This document shows, piece after piece, positions 49,620-59,922 of a stretch of 64,000 bases of DNA (positions are counted from its first letter, which is position 1; the number at the start of each line of letters is the position of its first letter). The translations under genes were made by a program, and so were the position numbers. The notes under the pieces were generated by a model that saw nothing but the letters and a program-made list of their open reading frames with translations, ran no database searches and had not been told where the DNA came from. The DNA lies in assembly GCA_965243285.1 (NCBI GenBank), contig OZ251537.1, forward strand, positions 2,633,019-2,697,018. Direction: 5' to 3'. The stretch is from Candidatus Poriferihabitaceae bacterium (GTDB lineage: Bacteria; Pseudomonadota; Gammaproteobacteria; Arenicellales; Poriferihabitantaceae).

Positions 49620-52600
49620 TCAGGCCGCCGACTTAGCCATTTCCACCGCTTGGTCGATATCCACCGACACCAATCGGGAGACACCAGGCTCGCTCATTGT
49701 AACACCGATCAACACATCCGCCGCCGCCATGGTGATTTTGTTGTGGGTGATGACGATCATCTGGCTGACCTTGACTAGGTTCTTCAAGGTTTCGCAGTAA
49801 CGCGCCACATTGACATCATCCAAGGGCGCATCGACCTCATCTAACATGCAAAACGGCGCCGGGTTGAGTTTAAACAGCGAGAACAACAACGCCACCGCGG
49901 TCAATGCCTTTTCGCCGCCGGACAGCAAATGAATATGGCTGTTGCGCTTGCCCGGCGGACGCGCCATGACCACCACGCCGGCGGTCAAAAAATCGTCGCT
50001 GGTCAATTGCAGCCCAGCCTCGCCGCCGCCGAACAACTGCGGAAAAAAATCATTGAAACCAGCGTTTAACCGCTCGAAGGTCTCCTTGAAGCGCGAGCGC
50101 GTTTCGCGGTCTATTTTGCGGATGACGCTCTGCAACGTCTCTAACGCTTCGCTCAAATCGGCGTGTTGGTGGTCGAGATAATTTTTGCGCTCGCTTTGTT
50201 CGTCGAATTCTTCGATGGCGATTAGATTTATCGGGCCGATGCGATGGATTTTTCGCGCCAATTCTTCGCCGCGCGCTTCTAACGAGGCGATGTCGACGCC
50301 ATCTGGCAGGTTGGCCACTAGCGATGTGGCGTCGTGGCCATGGCTTTGCAGGCGCTCGGCTTGGGTATCGCGGCGCACCAACATTTCCCGCCGGGCGAGT
50401 TTGCGCGCCTCGAGGGTTTTTTGCGCCGCATCCACCGCATCGACGCGAGCTAGGCGTTGCGCATCAGTTTGGGCGAGGTGTTGTTCCAGCGCTGCCCGCG
50501 CTTCGGCCAGCGCCGCCAACTGCCGCTGGGTTTCCTGCCGCCGCGCTATTTCGACTTGCAAGCGAGAGGATAAATCCGCGCTCGATTCAGCCGGCGCATT
50601 CGCGGCGCCGATGAGTTTTTCCATCTGCTCGGCAGCGGCTTGAAACTCGTGCTCGAAGCGGGCGATGACGGCCGCGGCGGCGGTCAGTTCGGCCTCCAAA
50701 CGTTGCTTTGCCAGGGCGCTTTGATGGGCTTGCTGGCTGGCGGATTTGAGCGCGTCTTTGCATTGCCTCAGCGTATCCGCCAGTGCCTCCTTGCGGCGTA
50801 ATAATTCATCGCGCTGCGCTTCCAAGGCGCCGCGCTGGTCGGCGGCGCTGCGCAGTAATTCTTGCGCCTGGTCGATGTCGCCGCGATCGCTGTGGGCGTG
50901 CTCGCCGAGGCTGTCGAGTTGCCCGCCGATGGCTTCGATGCGCTGCTCGACTTCGAGATAACGCGCTTCCTCGCGGCCGAGCGCGCTGTGCATCTTGGTT
51001 TTATCGCGCCCGAGTTGATTTAAAGCGGCGCGTTGTTGGGCGCCGGTTTGTTGTTGCGCCTCGCGCGCCGCTTCCACTTCCGCCAGTTTGGCGTCGCTAT
51101 GGGCGATGGCGGCTTCGCGCGCGCCTAATCCGCCTTGCAGTTGCTTGATTTCTTCCTCGCGCGCCAGCACCCCGGTTTCGAGCTGACTCTGGCTGGCGAA
51201 ACTCACCCAGTTGGCGCCCACCAACACGCCATCGCGGGTGACCGCGCACTGGCGATGGCCCAGGGAGGGCTGCATGGCGAGCGCTTGGGGCAATGAATCG
51301 GCCGCATATACGCCGCCGAGAAAACCCGATAAATCGACTCCGTCGGAGCGTACTTTATCGAGCAAACGGGGGTGCTTCGAAGCCTCGGCGTCAGCGACGC
51401 GTGCCGCCGACGGCGACTCGGTCAGCAATGTGAACGCGCAATCGGGGCGTTCGTCAAAACCATTGGCGGGTAATCTTTCGACGCACGCGGCGCTCAAGCA
51501 GCCGCTCAGCAGGCGGTCGGCGGCGCGTTCCCAGCCATCGTCCACGCGAATTTTGGTGGCCAGTTTGGGCGGTTGGCCGAGGCCGTTTTGCATTAGCCAA
51601 CCGGCCAGCACTTGGTCGTCGCCTTGCAACGTCGCGGCTTGAATCTGCAACAGGGACGATAAGCGCGAGCGCGCTTCGCGCAACCTGGCCAGCGCTGCGG
51701 CACCGTCATCGCGCTGCTGTTGCACCGCTTGCCGCAGCCGTTGAATCGCCTCCTCGGTGCGATGAAATTCCAGCTCGCCGCGCTCGCACACCTCATCATG
51801 CGCGTCCACCGCAGCGCGCTGCGCAGCGACATCCATGGATGCCATGAGTTGTTGTGACTCGGCGCGCTCGCCCTCCAATTGCGCGCACTGCTCGGCCGAG
51901 CGCTCGAGGTGTTGCTGCAGTTGCGCGATGCGCGATTTCTGAACTTCCTGCTGGCGCGCCGGGGCTTGCGCTTGTTCGCCGAACGCATCCCATTGCTGCT
52001 GCCAATCGGCCACCGCGCGCTCGGCATCGGCCACTTGCGCATCGGCCTGTTGGCGTATATCTTCGCAGCGCGCGTTTTCCGGGGCGGTTGAATCTTGCTC
52101 GGCTTGCAGCTGCCCCAAGCGCGCTTGTTCGGCCGCCAAGCGGCGCTGAATTTCTTCGCGGCTAGATTGCAAGCGCTCGATTTCCTCACCTTGACGCTGT
52201 TTGGTTTCCGCCATATGCACGATGCGTTGCTCGATGCTTTTCACTTGCGCTTCGAGGCGATAATGCGTTTCTTGAATGGCGCTGTACTCCGCATGGGAAT
52301 CGGCTAACTGCTGGCGCAACTCATCGATACGCGCCTCGCTCTCGCGTTGTGCCGCCACGGCGACTTGCAGTTGGTTGCCATGCTCGGCTTCGGCGCCTTC
52401 GCATTCTTGAAGTTTTTCTTGCAGCGCTTGCAACTGCAACGCCAGCAATTGCCCGGACGCGCCGCGTTCTTGTTCTTTTAATTTTTGGTAGCGTTTAGCG
52501 GCGCTGGCTTGGCGCTTGAGGCGGCCGAGTTGCTTGCCGAGTTCATCGCGAATGTCGGTCATGCGCGCTAGATTTTCACGCGTGCGGGCGATGCGATTTT

Positions 52601-53141
52601 CGGTCTCGCGGCGGCGCTCTTTGTACTTGGAAGTGCCGGCCGCTTCTTCGACAAAATTTCGCAAATCATCCGGGCGCGCTTCGACGATGCGGCTGACCAT
52701 GCCTTGTTCGATAATCGAATAAGAACGCGGCCCCAAACCGGTGCCGCGGAACAAATCCAGCACATCGCGGCGGCGGGTTTTGATGCGGTTGATGAAGTAG
52801 TTGGAGTTGCCATCCCGACTCAAAGTGCGCTTTATCGAAATTTCGCCGAATTGGGCGAAATTGCCGCCGGCCGAGCCATCGCTGTTGTCGAACAACAATT
52901 CCACCGCCGCCTTGCCCACCGGTTTGCGCGAGGTCGAGCCGTTGAAGATCACATCCGTCATGCTGTCGCCGCGCAGCATTTTCGCCGAGGTCTCGCCCAT
53001 CACCCAGCGCACCGCATCGATGACATTGGATTTTCCGCAGCCGTTCGGGCCCACCACCGCCACCCAATCGGCCGGCAACCGAATGTCGGTGACATCGACA
53101 AAGGATTTAAAGCCGGAAATTTGGAGTTTTTTAAGCCGCAT
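49620..53141 (-). CDS. smc: chromosome segregation protein SMC
   Basis: MRLKKLQISGFKSF...VVGPNGCGKSN Walker A, long coiled coils, hinge, C-terminal LSGGEKALTAVALLF and CMLDEVDAPLD. Confidence 0.95.
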   Translation of the reverse strand: MRLKKLQISGFKSFVDVTDIRLPADWVAVVGPNGCGKSNVIDAVRWVMGETSAKMLRGDSMTDVIFNGSTSRKPVGKAAVELLFDNSDGSAGGNFAQFGEISIKRTLSRDGNSNYFINRIKTRRRDVLDLFRGTGLGPRSYSIIEQGMVSRIVEARPDDLRNFVEEAAGTSKYKERRRETENRIARTRENLARMTDIRDELGKQLGRLKRQASAAKRYQKLKEQERGASGQLLALQLQALQEKLQECEGAEAEHGNQLQVAVAAQRESEARIDELRQQLADSHAEYSAIQETHYRLEAQVKSIEQRIVHMAETKQRQGEEIERLQSSREEIQRRLAAEQARLGQLQAEQDSTAPENARCEDIRQQADAQVADAERAVADWQQQWDAFGEQAQAPARQQEVQKSRIAQLQQHLERSAEQCAQLEGERAESQQLMASMDVAAQRAAVDAHDEVCERGELEFHRTEEAIQRLRQAVQQQRDDGAAALARLREARSRLSSLLQIQAATLQGDDQVLAGWLMQNGLGQPPKLATKIRVDDGWERAADRLLSGCLSAACVERLPANGFDERPDCAFTLLTESPSAARVADAEASKHPRLLDKVRSDGVDLSGFLGGVYAADSLPQALAMQPSLGHRQCAVTRDGVLVGANWVSFASQSQLETGVLAREEEIKQLQGGLGAREAAIAHSDAKLAEVEAAREAQQQTGAQQRAALNQLGRDKTKMHSALGREEARYLEVEQRIEAIGGQLDSLGEHAHSDRGDIDQAQELLRSAADQRGALEAQRDELLRRKEALADTLRQCKDALKSASQQAHQSALAKQRLEAELTAAAAVIARFEHEFQAAAEQMEKLIGAANAPAESSADLSSRLQVEIARRQETQRQLAALAEARAALEQHLAQTDAQRLARVDAVDAAQKTLEARKLARREMLVRRDTQAERLQSHGHDATSLVANLPDGVDIASLEARGEELARKIHRIGPINLIAIEEFDEQSERKNYLDHQHADLSEALETLQSVIRKIDRETRSRFKETFERLNAGFNDFFPQLFGGGEAGLQLTSDDFLTAGVVVMARPPGKRNSHIHLLSGGEKALTAVALLFSLFKLNPAPFCMLDEVDAPLDDVNVARYCETLKNLVKVSQMIVITHNKITMAAADVLIGVTMSEPGVSRLVSVDIDQAVEMAKSAA

Positions 53142-53352
53142 GGCCGAAGGTGATGAAATATTGGCTCTCGATGGGGCGCTCAACCGCCCCGTAGGTATTT
53201 ATCAATCGCGTGCTGCACAAAATGCCGGCGGCGGACTTGCTCACAGCGTGCAAGTCGCGCCGAAAATTCAAACCGGCGCTGGGTGTGGGGGTGATTTTTA
53301 TCGTGCACGACACGCCGACAATGCATGACACCGCGCCATTCGCGCACCGCCT

Positions 53353-53397
53353 AAAAAAACCGCCATCACGCATCCAGCGCATGGCGTCATGGTTTTT
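53353..53397 (-). terminator. possible terminator downstream of aprA (imperfect hairpin flanked by A7 / T5 runs)
   Basis: aaaaaaaCCGCCATCACGCATCCAGCGCATGGCGTCATGGttttt. The stem has mismatches. Read on the minus strand it ends in T7. Confidence 0.35.
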
Positions 53398-53475
53398 ATG
53401 CGCTCAAAAAAATATCAACCGCGCCGCGTTTTTTATGTCTAGACCGCTTGTCGGCCGCTGGCCGGCCGGCGGCGC

Positions 53476-55434
53476 TTAAAGGTCGGGTCCCAGGTGTTTC
53501 ATCCCTTGCGGTTCTTGTTCGCCGACTGAAATTAGCGGTTGCCATTTCACCTTTTTCATGTCCCATTCGCCAGTATCGCGGTCATAGGTGGAGTTGACGA
53601 AGCATTTCCAATCTTGGTCGTTGATGTCTTTGTAATCGGCGCGATAGTAGTAGCCGGGGTAACGGGATTCCTGGCGGAATTGGATGTGCTTCATGTGCGC
53701 TTCGGCGGCGATGATGCGGTGATAGTTTTCCCAGGCGCGCAGCAGTTCGTGCAAGTCTTTGGCGCGCATTTTTAGTGAATCTTCCTTCAGCATTTTCATC
53801 TTGCGCTCCGCCACTTCCAACATCGCCTTATTGGTTTGATACCAGGTGGCGATGCCGGCCACATACTCATCCATGATTTTTTGCAGGCGGAACTGCAACA
53901 TTTTTGGGGTGATGTAGTGCGGGTTAATGTCGATGGCGGTGGTGTAGTCTTTGTGTTCCAGGAAGGTGCGCACCGGGCGATAGATTTCGTCGACCAACTC
54001 GGCGTTGGTGCGCGACAATTCTGGCTTGAAGTCGGGGTTGTCGAGGCAATACTTGACCATGCTCTTGGCGCAAATTCGCCCTTCGGTGAACGACCCTGAT
54101 GAGAATTTATGCCCCGAAGCGCCGACCCCGTCGCCGGCGGTGAACAGCCCGCTGACGGTGGTCATGCGGTTGTAGCCCCAGTGGTAATGCGCCGGCGTGC
54201 CGGGCAAATCATCCGGCCCCGAGCACCATAAACCGGCGCAGCCGGCGTGCGAGCCGAGCAGGTACGGCTCGGTGGGCATTAATTCCGACATCTGCTTATC
54301 CGGTTCGATGTTTTCCCCAGCCCATACGCCGCATTGGCCGATAGTCATGTCGAGAAAATCCTCCCAGGCTTCGGCTTCGAGGTGTTTGATTTCCTTCGGG
54401 CTCATGGTTTCGGCGAGTTTCGCCATGGCGGTGGGCGTGTCCATAAAGATGGGGCCGCGGCCTTCGCGCATTTCGATCATCATCAAGTGGTTGCGCAGGC
54501 AAGTGCCCATGGCGAAACCGACCGCGTAGCGGTCATAGCCGTTGTCCTTCAGCAGATGATAGTTTTTCTCTTGATAATCCTCGCCCATGGCGTTCATGGC
54601 TTTGGCTTTGAACAGCAAAAACCACGCCCCCACCGGGCCGTAACCATCCTTGAAGCGCGCCGGCACGAAGCGGTTTTCCATCAGCGTTAATTCGGCGCCG
54701 CATTCGGCCGCCATGGCGTAGGTGGAGCCGGCATTCCACACCGGATACCAGGCGCGCCCGGTGCCCTCGCCCACCGAGCGCGGGCGGAACACATTGACGG
54801 CGCCGCCGCAAGCCAGCAAGCAAGCCTTGAATTTGTAGATGTAGATTTTATTTTCGCGCACCGAAAAACCGGCCGCCCCGGCCACTCGCGTGGGATCGTT
54901 TTTGTCGGTGAGCAAGCGCACGATAAAAATGCGCTCGCGAATATTCTCGATGCCGAGGGCTTTTTTGGCCGCTTCGGCGACGATCCATTTATAGGATTCG
55001 CCGTTGATCATAATTTGCCAGCGCCCAGAGCGCACCGGTTTGCCGCCGTCGCGCAATTTTTTGCCTTCGTCGCCCTTTTGCTTCCAAATCGGCAGCCCCC
55101 AATCCTCGAAATTGTGCACCGAATCATCCACATGCCGCCCGGTGTCGTACACCAAATCTTCGCGCGTGATGCCCATGAGATCGCCGCGCACATAGCGCAC
55201 ATAATCGGCCGGGTCGTTGTCGCCCATGTAGGTGTTGATGGCCGACAACCCTTGGGCGACGGCGCCGGAGCGATCCATGGCGGCTTTGTCGACCAGTTTG
55301 ATGTTGAGCCCAGTGCCCTCGGCCCACCGCATGATCTCAAACGCGGCGCCGCAACACGCCATACCGCCGCCAATCAAGAGAATGTCGACCTCTTCTTCGA
55401 CGACTTCGGGCTCGGCAAAACTGGAATCGGTCAT
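53476..55434 (-). CDS. aprA: adenylylsulfate (APS) reductase alpha subunit
   Basis: VDILLIGGGMACCGAAFE FAD fold, 652-aa AprA-length flavoprotein with fumarate-reductase-like domains, directly downstream of aprB. Confidence 0.93.
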   Translation of the reverse strand: MTDSSFAEPEVVEEEVDILLIGGGMACCGAAFEIMRWAEGTGLNIKLVDKAAMDRSGAVAQGLSAINTYMGDNDPADYVRYVRGDLMGITREDLVYDTGRHVDDSVHNFEDWGLPIWKQKGDEGKKLRDGGKPVRSGRWQIMINGESYKWIVAEAAKKALGIENIRERIFIVRLLTDKNDPTRVAGAAGFSVRENKIYIYKFKACLLACGGAVNVFRPRSVGEGTGRAWYPVWNAGSTYAMAAECGAELTLMENRFVPARFKDGYGPVGAWFLLFKAKAMNAMGEDYQEKNYHLLKDNGYDRYAVGFAMGTCLRNHLMMIEMREGRGPIFMDTPTAMAKLAETMSPKEIKHLEAEAWEDFLDMTIGQCGVWAGENIEPDKQMSELMPTEPYLLGSHAGCAGLWCSGPDDLPGTPAHYHWGYNRMTTVSGLFTAGDGVGASGHKFSSGSFTEGRICAKSMVKYCLDNPDFKPELSRTNAELVDEIYRPVRTFLEHKDYTTAIDINPHYITPKMLQFRLQKIMDEYVAGIATWYQTNKAMLEVAERKMKMLKEDSLKMRAKDLHELLRAWENYHRIIAAEAHMKHIQFRQESRYPGYYYRADYKDINDQDWKCFVNSTYDRDTGEWDMKKVKWQPLISVGEQEPQGMKHLGPDL

Positions 55435-55560
55435 TTAGATGGTCTGTTGGGTTGATGGTTCGTGGGGAACGAAAGTACGGCCAGTACGGCGCGCCGGCGG
55501 CTTGGTTTTAAGTGGCCGCCAGACGCGTGACCATTAACATGTATCTCAGCAACATGAATC

Positions 55561-56022
55561 TCAGTTAACAAACTGGCTCATATCGCAGGCATGCATGCGG
55601 TCGGTGAACAGATTGGCGTGGTTGCCGAGCTCGCCCGGCGCGGCGTCCGGTTTGTCGCTAAATGGGTCGATGGAGCCCTCCGGCGTGGTGCGGATGGGGA
55701 ACTTGAAGCGCTTCATTTTGCCGTTGCGGAAGGTGATGGTCCACATGATGGAATCGGTGCCGCGCAGGGGTTGCACTTTGGCGCCGAGCGGTACCACATC
55801 GGCGTAGTGACGGCATTCGATGGCTTGGTTCGGGCAGATTTTGACGCAGGAATAGCATTCCCAGCACTGCTCGGGCTCTTGATTGAAGGCCTTCATGACG
55901 TGGCCGGTCTCTGAGCCGTCTTTATCCAATTTCATCAAATCATGCGGGCAGATGTACACGCAGGCGGTTTTGTCCTGGCCTTTGCAGCCATCGCATTTGT
56001 CGGTTCGCACATAAGTGGGCAT
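55561..56022 (-). CDS. aprB: adenylylsulfate reductase beta subunit (two [4Fe-4S] clusters)
   Basis: MPTYVRTDKCDGCKG...CVYICPHDLM and CWECYSCVKICP ferredoxin motifs plus the AprB-specific C-terminal tail. Confidence 0.9.
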   Translation of the reverse strand: MPTYVRTDKCDGCKGQDKTACVYICPHDLMKLDKDGSETGHVMKAFNQEPEQCWECYSCVKICPNQAIECRHYADVVPLGAKVQPLRGTDSIMWTITFRNGKMKRFKFPIRTTPEGSIDPFSDKPDAAPGELGNHANLFTDRMHACDMSQFVN

Positions 56023-56242
56023 GAGCGTGGTCTCCAGTCGAGGGGTTGATGAGGCACTAAGGGCGGGCAATTATAGCGACCGGCGGCGGCGAAAACCAAC
56101 CGCCGGCGATATTATATCGCATGCTGATACATGTACATAGGTATATGCGTCAGGCCGGCGACATGCACATATATATGTATGCGCCAACATGTACATGGAT
56201 GGCGTATATTCGATGGCCTGGCAATGGCCTGGCGATGACGGC

Positions 56243-57046
56243 TTATGGCGCGGCGGCCGGCGCCGGTGTGGCGCGACGCAGCAGCAAATACAGCCCGATG
56301 ATGATCATCGGCGCGCTTAACACTTGCCCCATGGTGAGCCAATCCCACGCCACCGGCCCCAAATGCGCATCCGGCTCGCGAAAAAATTCAACCCAACAGC
56401 GCGCCACGCCATAGCCGCACAAAAACACCCCGCAAACCCGCCCGCGAGCGCGGCGGCGCGCCGAATAAATCCATACGATGGCGAACAACAGCACGCCTTC
56501 CAAGGCAAACTCATATAATTGCGAGGGATGGCGCGGCGCCCCGGGCGCGGCCGGAAACCACACCGCCCACGGCACCTGCGAAACCCGCCCCCACAATTCT
56601 TGATTGATGAAATTGCCGAGTCGCCCAAAACCTAACCCCGGGATACCCAACGGCACCAGAAAATCCCCCACATCCAAAAAATGCCGGCGCGTTTTGCGGG
56701 CGTATAATAGGGTCGCCGCCAACGCCCCGAGCAAGCCGCCGTGGAACGCCATGCCGCCATCCCAGATGGCCAACACCGCCAGCGGATTGGCGAGATAAAA
56801 CATCGGGTTGTAGAACACTGCGTACCCCAAGCGCCCGCCGAGCACCGCTCCGACGGCGAGGTAGAACACCAAGTCGATGACCTCATCGGCGCGCCAATCG
56901 CCGCCGGCGCGCTGCGAGCGAGTGGCGCGATACCAGCCCAACGCGGCGGCGGTGGCGAAGCCGGCCAGGTAGGTCAGCCCATACCAATGCACCGACAACG
57001 GGCCGATGGATATCGCGATGGGGTCGAAATTAGGATGTAAAATCAC
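56243..57046 (-). CDS. lgt: prolipoprotein diacylglyceryl transferase
   Basis: HPNFDPIAISIGPLSVHWYGLTYLAGF, GRLGNFINQELWGR, HPSQLYE. The probable GTG start at 57046 gives MILHPNFDP. The track ORF extends to 57100. Confidence 0.9.
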   Translation of the reverse strand: MILHPNFDPIAISIGPLSVHWYGLTYLAGFATAAALGWYRATRSQRAGGDWRADEVIDLVFYLAVGAVLGGRLGYAVFYNPMFYLANPLAVLAIWDGGMAFHGGLLGALAATLLYARKTRRHFLDVGDFLVPLGIPGLGFGRLGNFINQELWGRVSQVPWAVWFPAAPGAPRHPSQLYEFALEGVLLFAIVWIYSARRRARGRVCGVFLCGYGVARCWVEFFREPDAHLGPVAWDWLTMGQVLSAPMIIIGLYLLLRRATPAPAAAP

Positions 57047-57152
57047 GGCGGCGCTTGCAACGACTGCTTTGATTCGCGGTTCGGGCGCGAAATGTACCAC
57101 ATCGGCTCGCCCTCCCCATCCACATCCACCCCATCCGCCCCCATCCGCCTAA

Positions 57153-59240
57153 ATGAGCAACCACCTGATAGACGAAACCAGCCCGTATTTATTGCAGCAC
57201 GCGAATAATCCGGTGGATTGGCATCCGTGGGGCAAGGCGGCGCTGCACAAGGCGCGCGATGCCGATAAGCCGATTTTGCTCTCCATCGGCTATTCGGCGT
57301 GCCACTGGTGCCATGTGATGGAGCGCGAAAGTTTCTGCGATGCGGCCACCGCGGCGCGCATGAACGAGTTGTTCGTATGCATCAAGGTGGACCGCGAGGA
57401 GCGCCCCGACCTCGACAAAATCTACCAAACCGCGCATCAGATGCTGACCCAGCGCCCCGGCGGCTGGCCGCTGACCGCGGCGCTGACGCCGAACGGCCAC
57501 GCGCCGTTTTTCGCTGGCACTTATTTTCCGCCGAGTCCGCGCCACGGGCTGCCGGGGTTTGTCGATGCGTTGGAACAAGTGGCCCGGCATTATTATCAAT
57601 ATCGCGAGCGCATGGACGGCCATCACGCCTCGTTCGAGGCCGCCATGGCGCAGACCAATCCGCAGCCGCGCGCCGATGATTCGCCGCTGCCGCCGGCTGC
57701 AGCGGCGGTGCTTGCCAAGTCGACCGCGGCGTTGCGCAGCCAATTCGATGCCGAGCACGGCGGCTTCGGCACGGCGCCGAAATTCCCCCATCCGACGCAA
57801 CTGGACTTACTCTTGCGCCACAGTTATCGCGATGACGCGCCGGACGCTGCGCGCATGTTGCAACAGAGCCTGCGAAAAATGGCGCACGGCGGTTTGTTCG
57901 ATCAAATCGGCGGCGGTTTTTATCGCTATTCGGTGGATCGGCGGTGGGAAATCCCCCATTTTGAGAAAATGCTGTACGACAACGCGCAATTATTGGCGCT
58001 GTACAGCGATGCCTGGCAACACACCAGCGAGCCGCTGTATCGCGCCGTGGTCGAACAAACCGCCGCTTGGACGATGCGCGAAATGCAACTGCAACTCGGC
58101 GGCTACGCCTCGACCATCGATGCCGATTCCGAAGGTGTCGAGGGCAAATATTATGTATGGAGCGAAACCGACTTGCGCGCCATGTTGGGCGCCGATGAAT
58201 ATCACGCCTTGGAGCGTCACTACGGCTTGGCCGGCGAGCCGAATTTCGACGGCCAGTGGCATTTTAATGTAAACCTCGCGGATGGCGAAGCCGGGGGCAG
58301 CGGGCGTCGCCTTGCGCAGCCCGCAGCGGCGCGATTCTTGCACTCAGCGCGCGAAAAACTGCTGGTCGAACGCAATCGCCGCGTCCGCCCGGCGTTGGAC
58401 GATAAAATCCTCGCCGCCTGGAATGGCTTGATGATAAAGGGCATGGCGCGCGCCGCCAAAGCCTTCGGGCGCGATGATTTCGCCGTTTCAGCGCGCCGCG
58501 CCCTGGATTTCATCCGCGACGCCATGTGGCAAAACGGCCGCCTGCTGTCGGTCAGCTGCAACCATCACGCCCACCTCAACGGCTATTTGGACGACTACGC
58601 CTTCCTTGCCGAGGGCATTGTCGAACTACTGCAAACCACCTGGCGCAGCGCCGATTTGACCTTCGCCACCGACATCTGCGATGCCATGCTGTGGCATTTT
58701 GAGGACACCGAAGCTGGCGGCTTCTTTTTCACCTCCCACGACCACGAAAAACTCCTGCATCGCCCCAAGACCGGCCCCGATGACGCCATCCCCTCGGGCA
58801 ATGGCGCCGCCGCCCGCGCCTTGTTCAAGCTCGGCCACCTGCTCGGCAATTCACGCTACCTCGACAGCGCCGAAAAAACCTTAGCCCTATTCGCCGATGC
58901 GCTGGATAAAACCCCGTCCATCCACGGCTCCCTCACCGCCGCCCTGCAAGCCCGCGACTTGGCCAACAAAACCATCATCATCCGCGGCCAGGCAGAAGAA
59001 ATCCGCCGCTGGCAATTGGTTTGCCAACGCCCCTACCACCCCGAAACCATCACCTTCGCCATCCCGGCCGCCGCCACCCACCTGCCGGCCGCCCTCGGGC
59101 TACGCAAACCGCAAAACAAAACCATCGCCTACATTTGTCACGGCCTGCATTGCTCGGCGCCCATGGATTCACTAGATGCATTAGAAGACGCCATCGAGGC
59201 GACTTTCACGCCGCGACAACACACCGACGATATTACATGA
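57153..59240 (+). CDS. thioredoxin-domain / DUF255 protein (YyaL / SPATA20-like)
   Basis: [18 protein letters not shown]...[18 protein letters not shown] followed by a six-hairpin glycosidase-like body. Confidence 0.85.
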   Translation: MSNHLIDETSPYLLQHANNPVDWHPWGKAALHKARDADKPILLSIGYSACHWCHVMERESFCDAATAARMNELFVCIKVDREERPDLDKIYQTAHQMLTQRPGGWPLTAALTPNGHAPFFAGTYFPPSPRHGLPGFVDALEQVARHYYQYRERMDGHHASFEAAMAQTNPQPRADDSPLPPAAAAVLAKSTAALRSQFDAEHGGFGTAPKFPHPTQLDLLLRHSYRDDAPDAARMLQQSLRKMAHGGLFDQIGGGFYRYSVDRRWEIPHFEKMLYDNAQLLALYSDAWQHTSEPLYRAVVEQTAAWTMREMQLQLGGYASTIDADSEGVEGKYYVWSETDLRAMLGADEYHALERHYGLAGEPNFDGQWHFNVNLADGEAGGSGRRLAQPAAARFLHSAREKLLVERNRRVRPALDDKILAAWNGLMIKGMARAAKAFGRDDFAVSARRALDFIRDAMWQNGRLLSVSCNHHAHLNGYLDDYAFLAEGIVELLQTTWRSADLTFATDICDAMLWHFEDTEAGGFFFTSHDHEKLLHRPKTGPDDAIPSGNGAAARALFKLGHLLGNSRYLDSAEKTLALFADALDKTPSIHGSLTAALQARDLANKTIIIRGQAEEIRRWQLVCQRPYHPETITFAIPAAATHLPAALGLRKPQNKTIAYICHGLHCSAPMDSLDALEDAIEATFTPRQHTDDIT

Positions 59241-59475
59241 CAATAGGTTGATTAAATAATTTTGACGATAAAATTTTACTTATGTTTATTAAGTTGGGTT
59301 TGTTAATTTTGATTGATTAATTTTGGTTATAAAATTTGGTTATGAAATTTTGGTTATGGAATTTGGTTTATGAAATTTGGTTTATGAAATTTTTATGAAT
59401 TTAGTTTACAGGTTTGATTGATAACATTTTGATTATGTAATTTTTTATCGGATGGGGTTTATGGCCTTTATTATG

Positions 59476-59875
59476 GGATTTATATACTTATTGCCCAGGT
59501 GCTATTTCAGGCATTGTTTCGCACCGATTTTTTAGGGATTTATATACCTAAATCTGCACCGATATGTTTGGTTTGTTGCAACTGCGCCTTATTATGTACA
59601 TCAACTGCACCCCACCAAAACTGGCGAAAAGATGCCAGTTTTGACTCCCCCGCAAGATAAAGCGGGGGGAGTGAAAAGAGGGGAGTGAAAATTTAGCGGA
59701 TTTAAGTATATAAATCCCATTTTTTAGTGTTTTGTTAATGTTGCTTATATTTGGATTTTCAGGTGCGGTTACGGGTTTGTATTTAGCCGTCATGACGGCG
59801 GTTTCATGCAAATTACGTCAGCTAACTTCATGACCAATCCCCGCTCATTTTTTGTGGCAATAGGTATATAATTCC
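59476..59875. mobile_element. MITE-like element (outer copy, 400 bp including a nested insertion) with a 10-bp target duplication
   Basis: Termini GGATTTATATAC (59476-59487) and GTATATAATTCC (59864-59875, 11/12 inverted match). An identical CTTTATTATG flanks it at 59466-59475 and 59876-59885. Confidence 0.55.
59536..59718. mobile_element. MITE-like element (inner copy, 183 bp) nested in the outer element, with a 9-bp target duplication
   Basis: Left end GGATTTATATACCTAAATCTGCAC. The right end reverse-complements to GGGATTTATATACTTAAATCCGC. An identical ATTTTTTAG flanks it at 59527-59535 and 59719-59727. The internal hairpins AAAACTGGC/GCCAGTTTT and CTCCCCCGC/GCGGGGGAG are related to those in the 8.8-9.4 kb copy. 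Confidence 0.6.
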
Positions 59876-59922
59876 CTTTATTATGGCGTGTATTATGGCG
59901 TTTGGATGATGGATTTGGTGAA

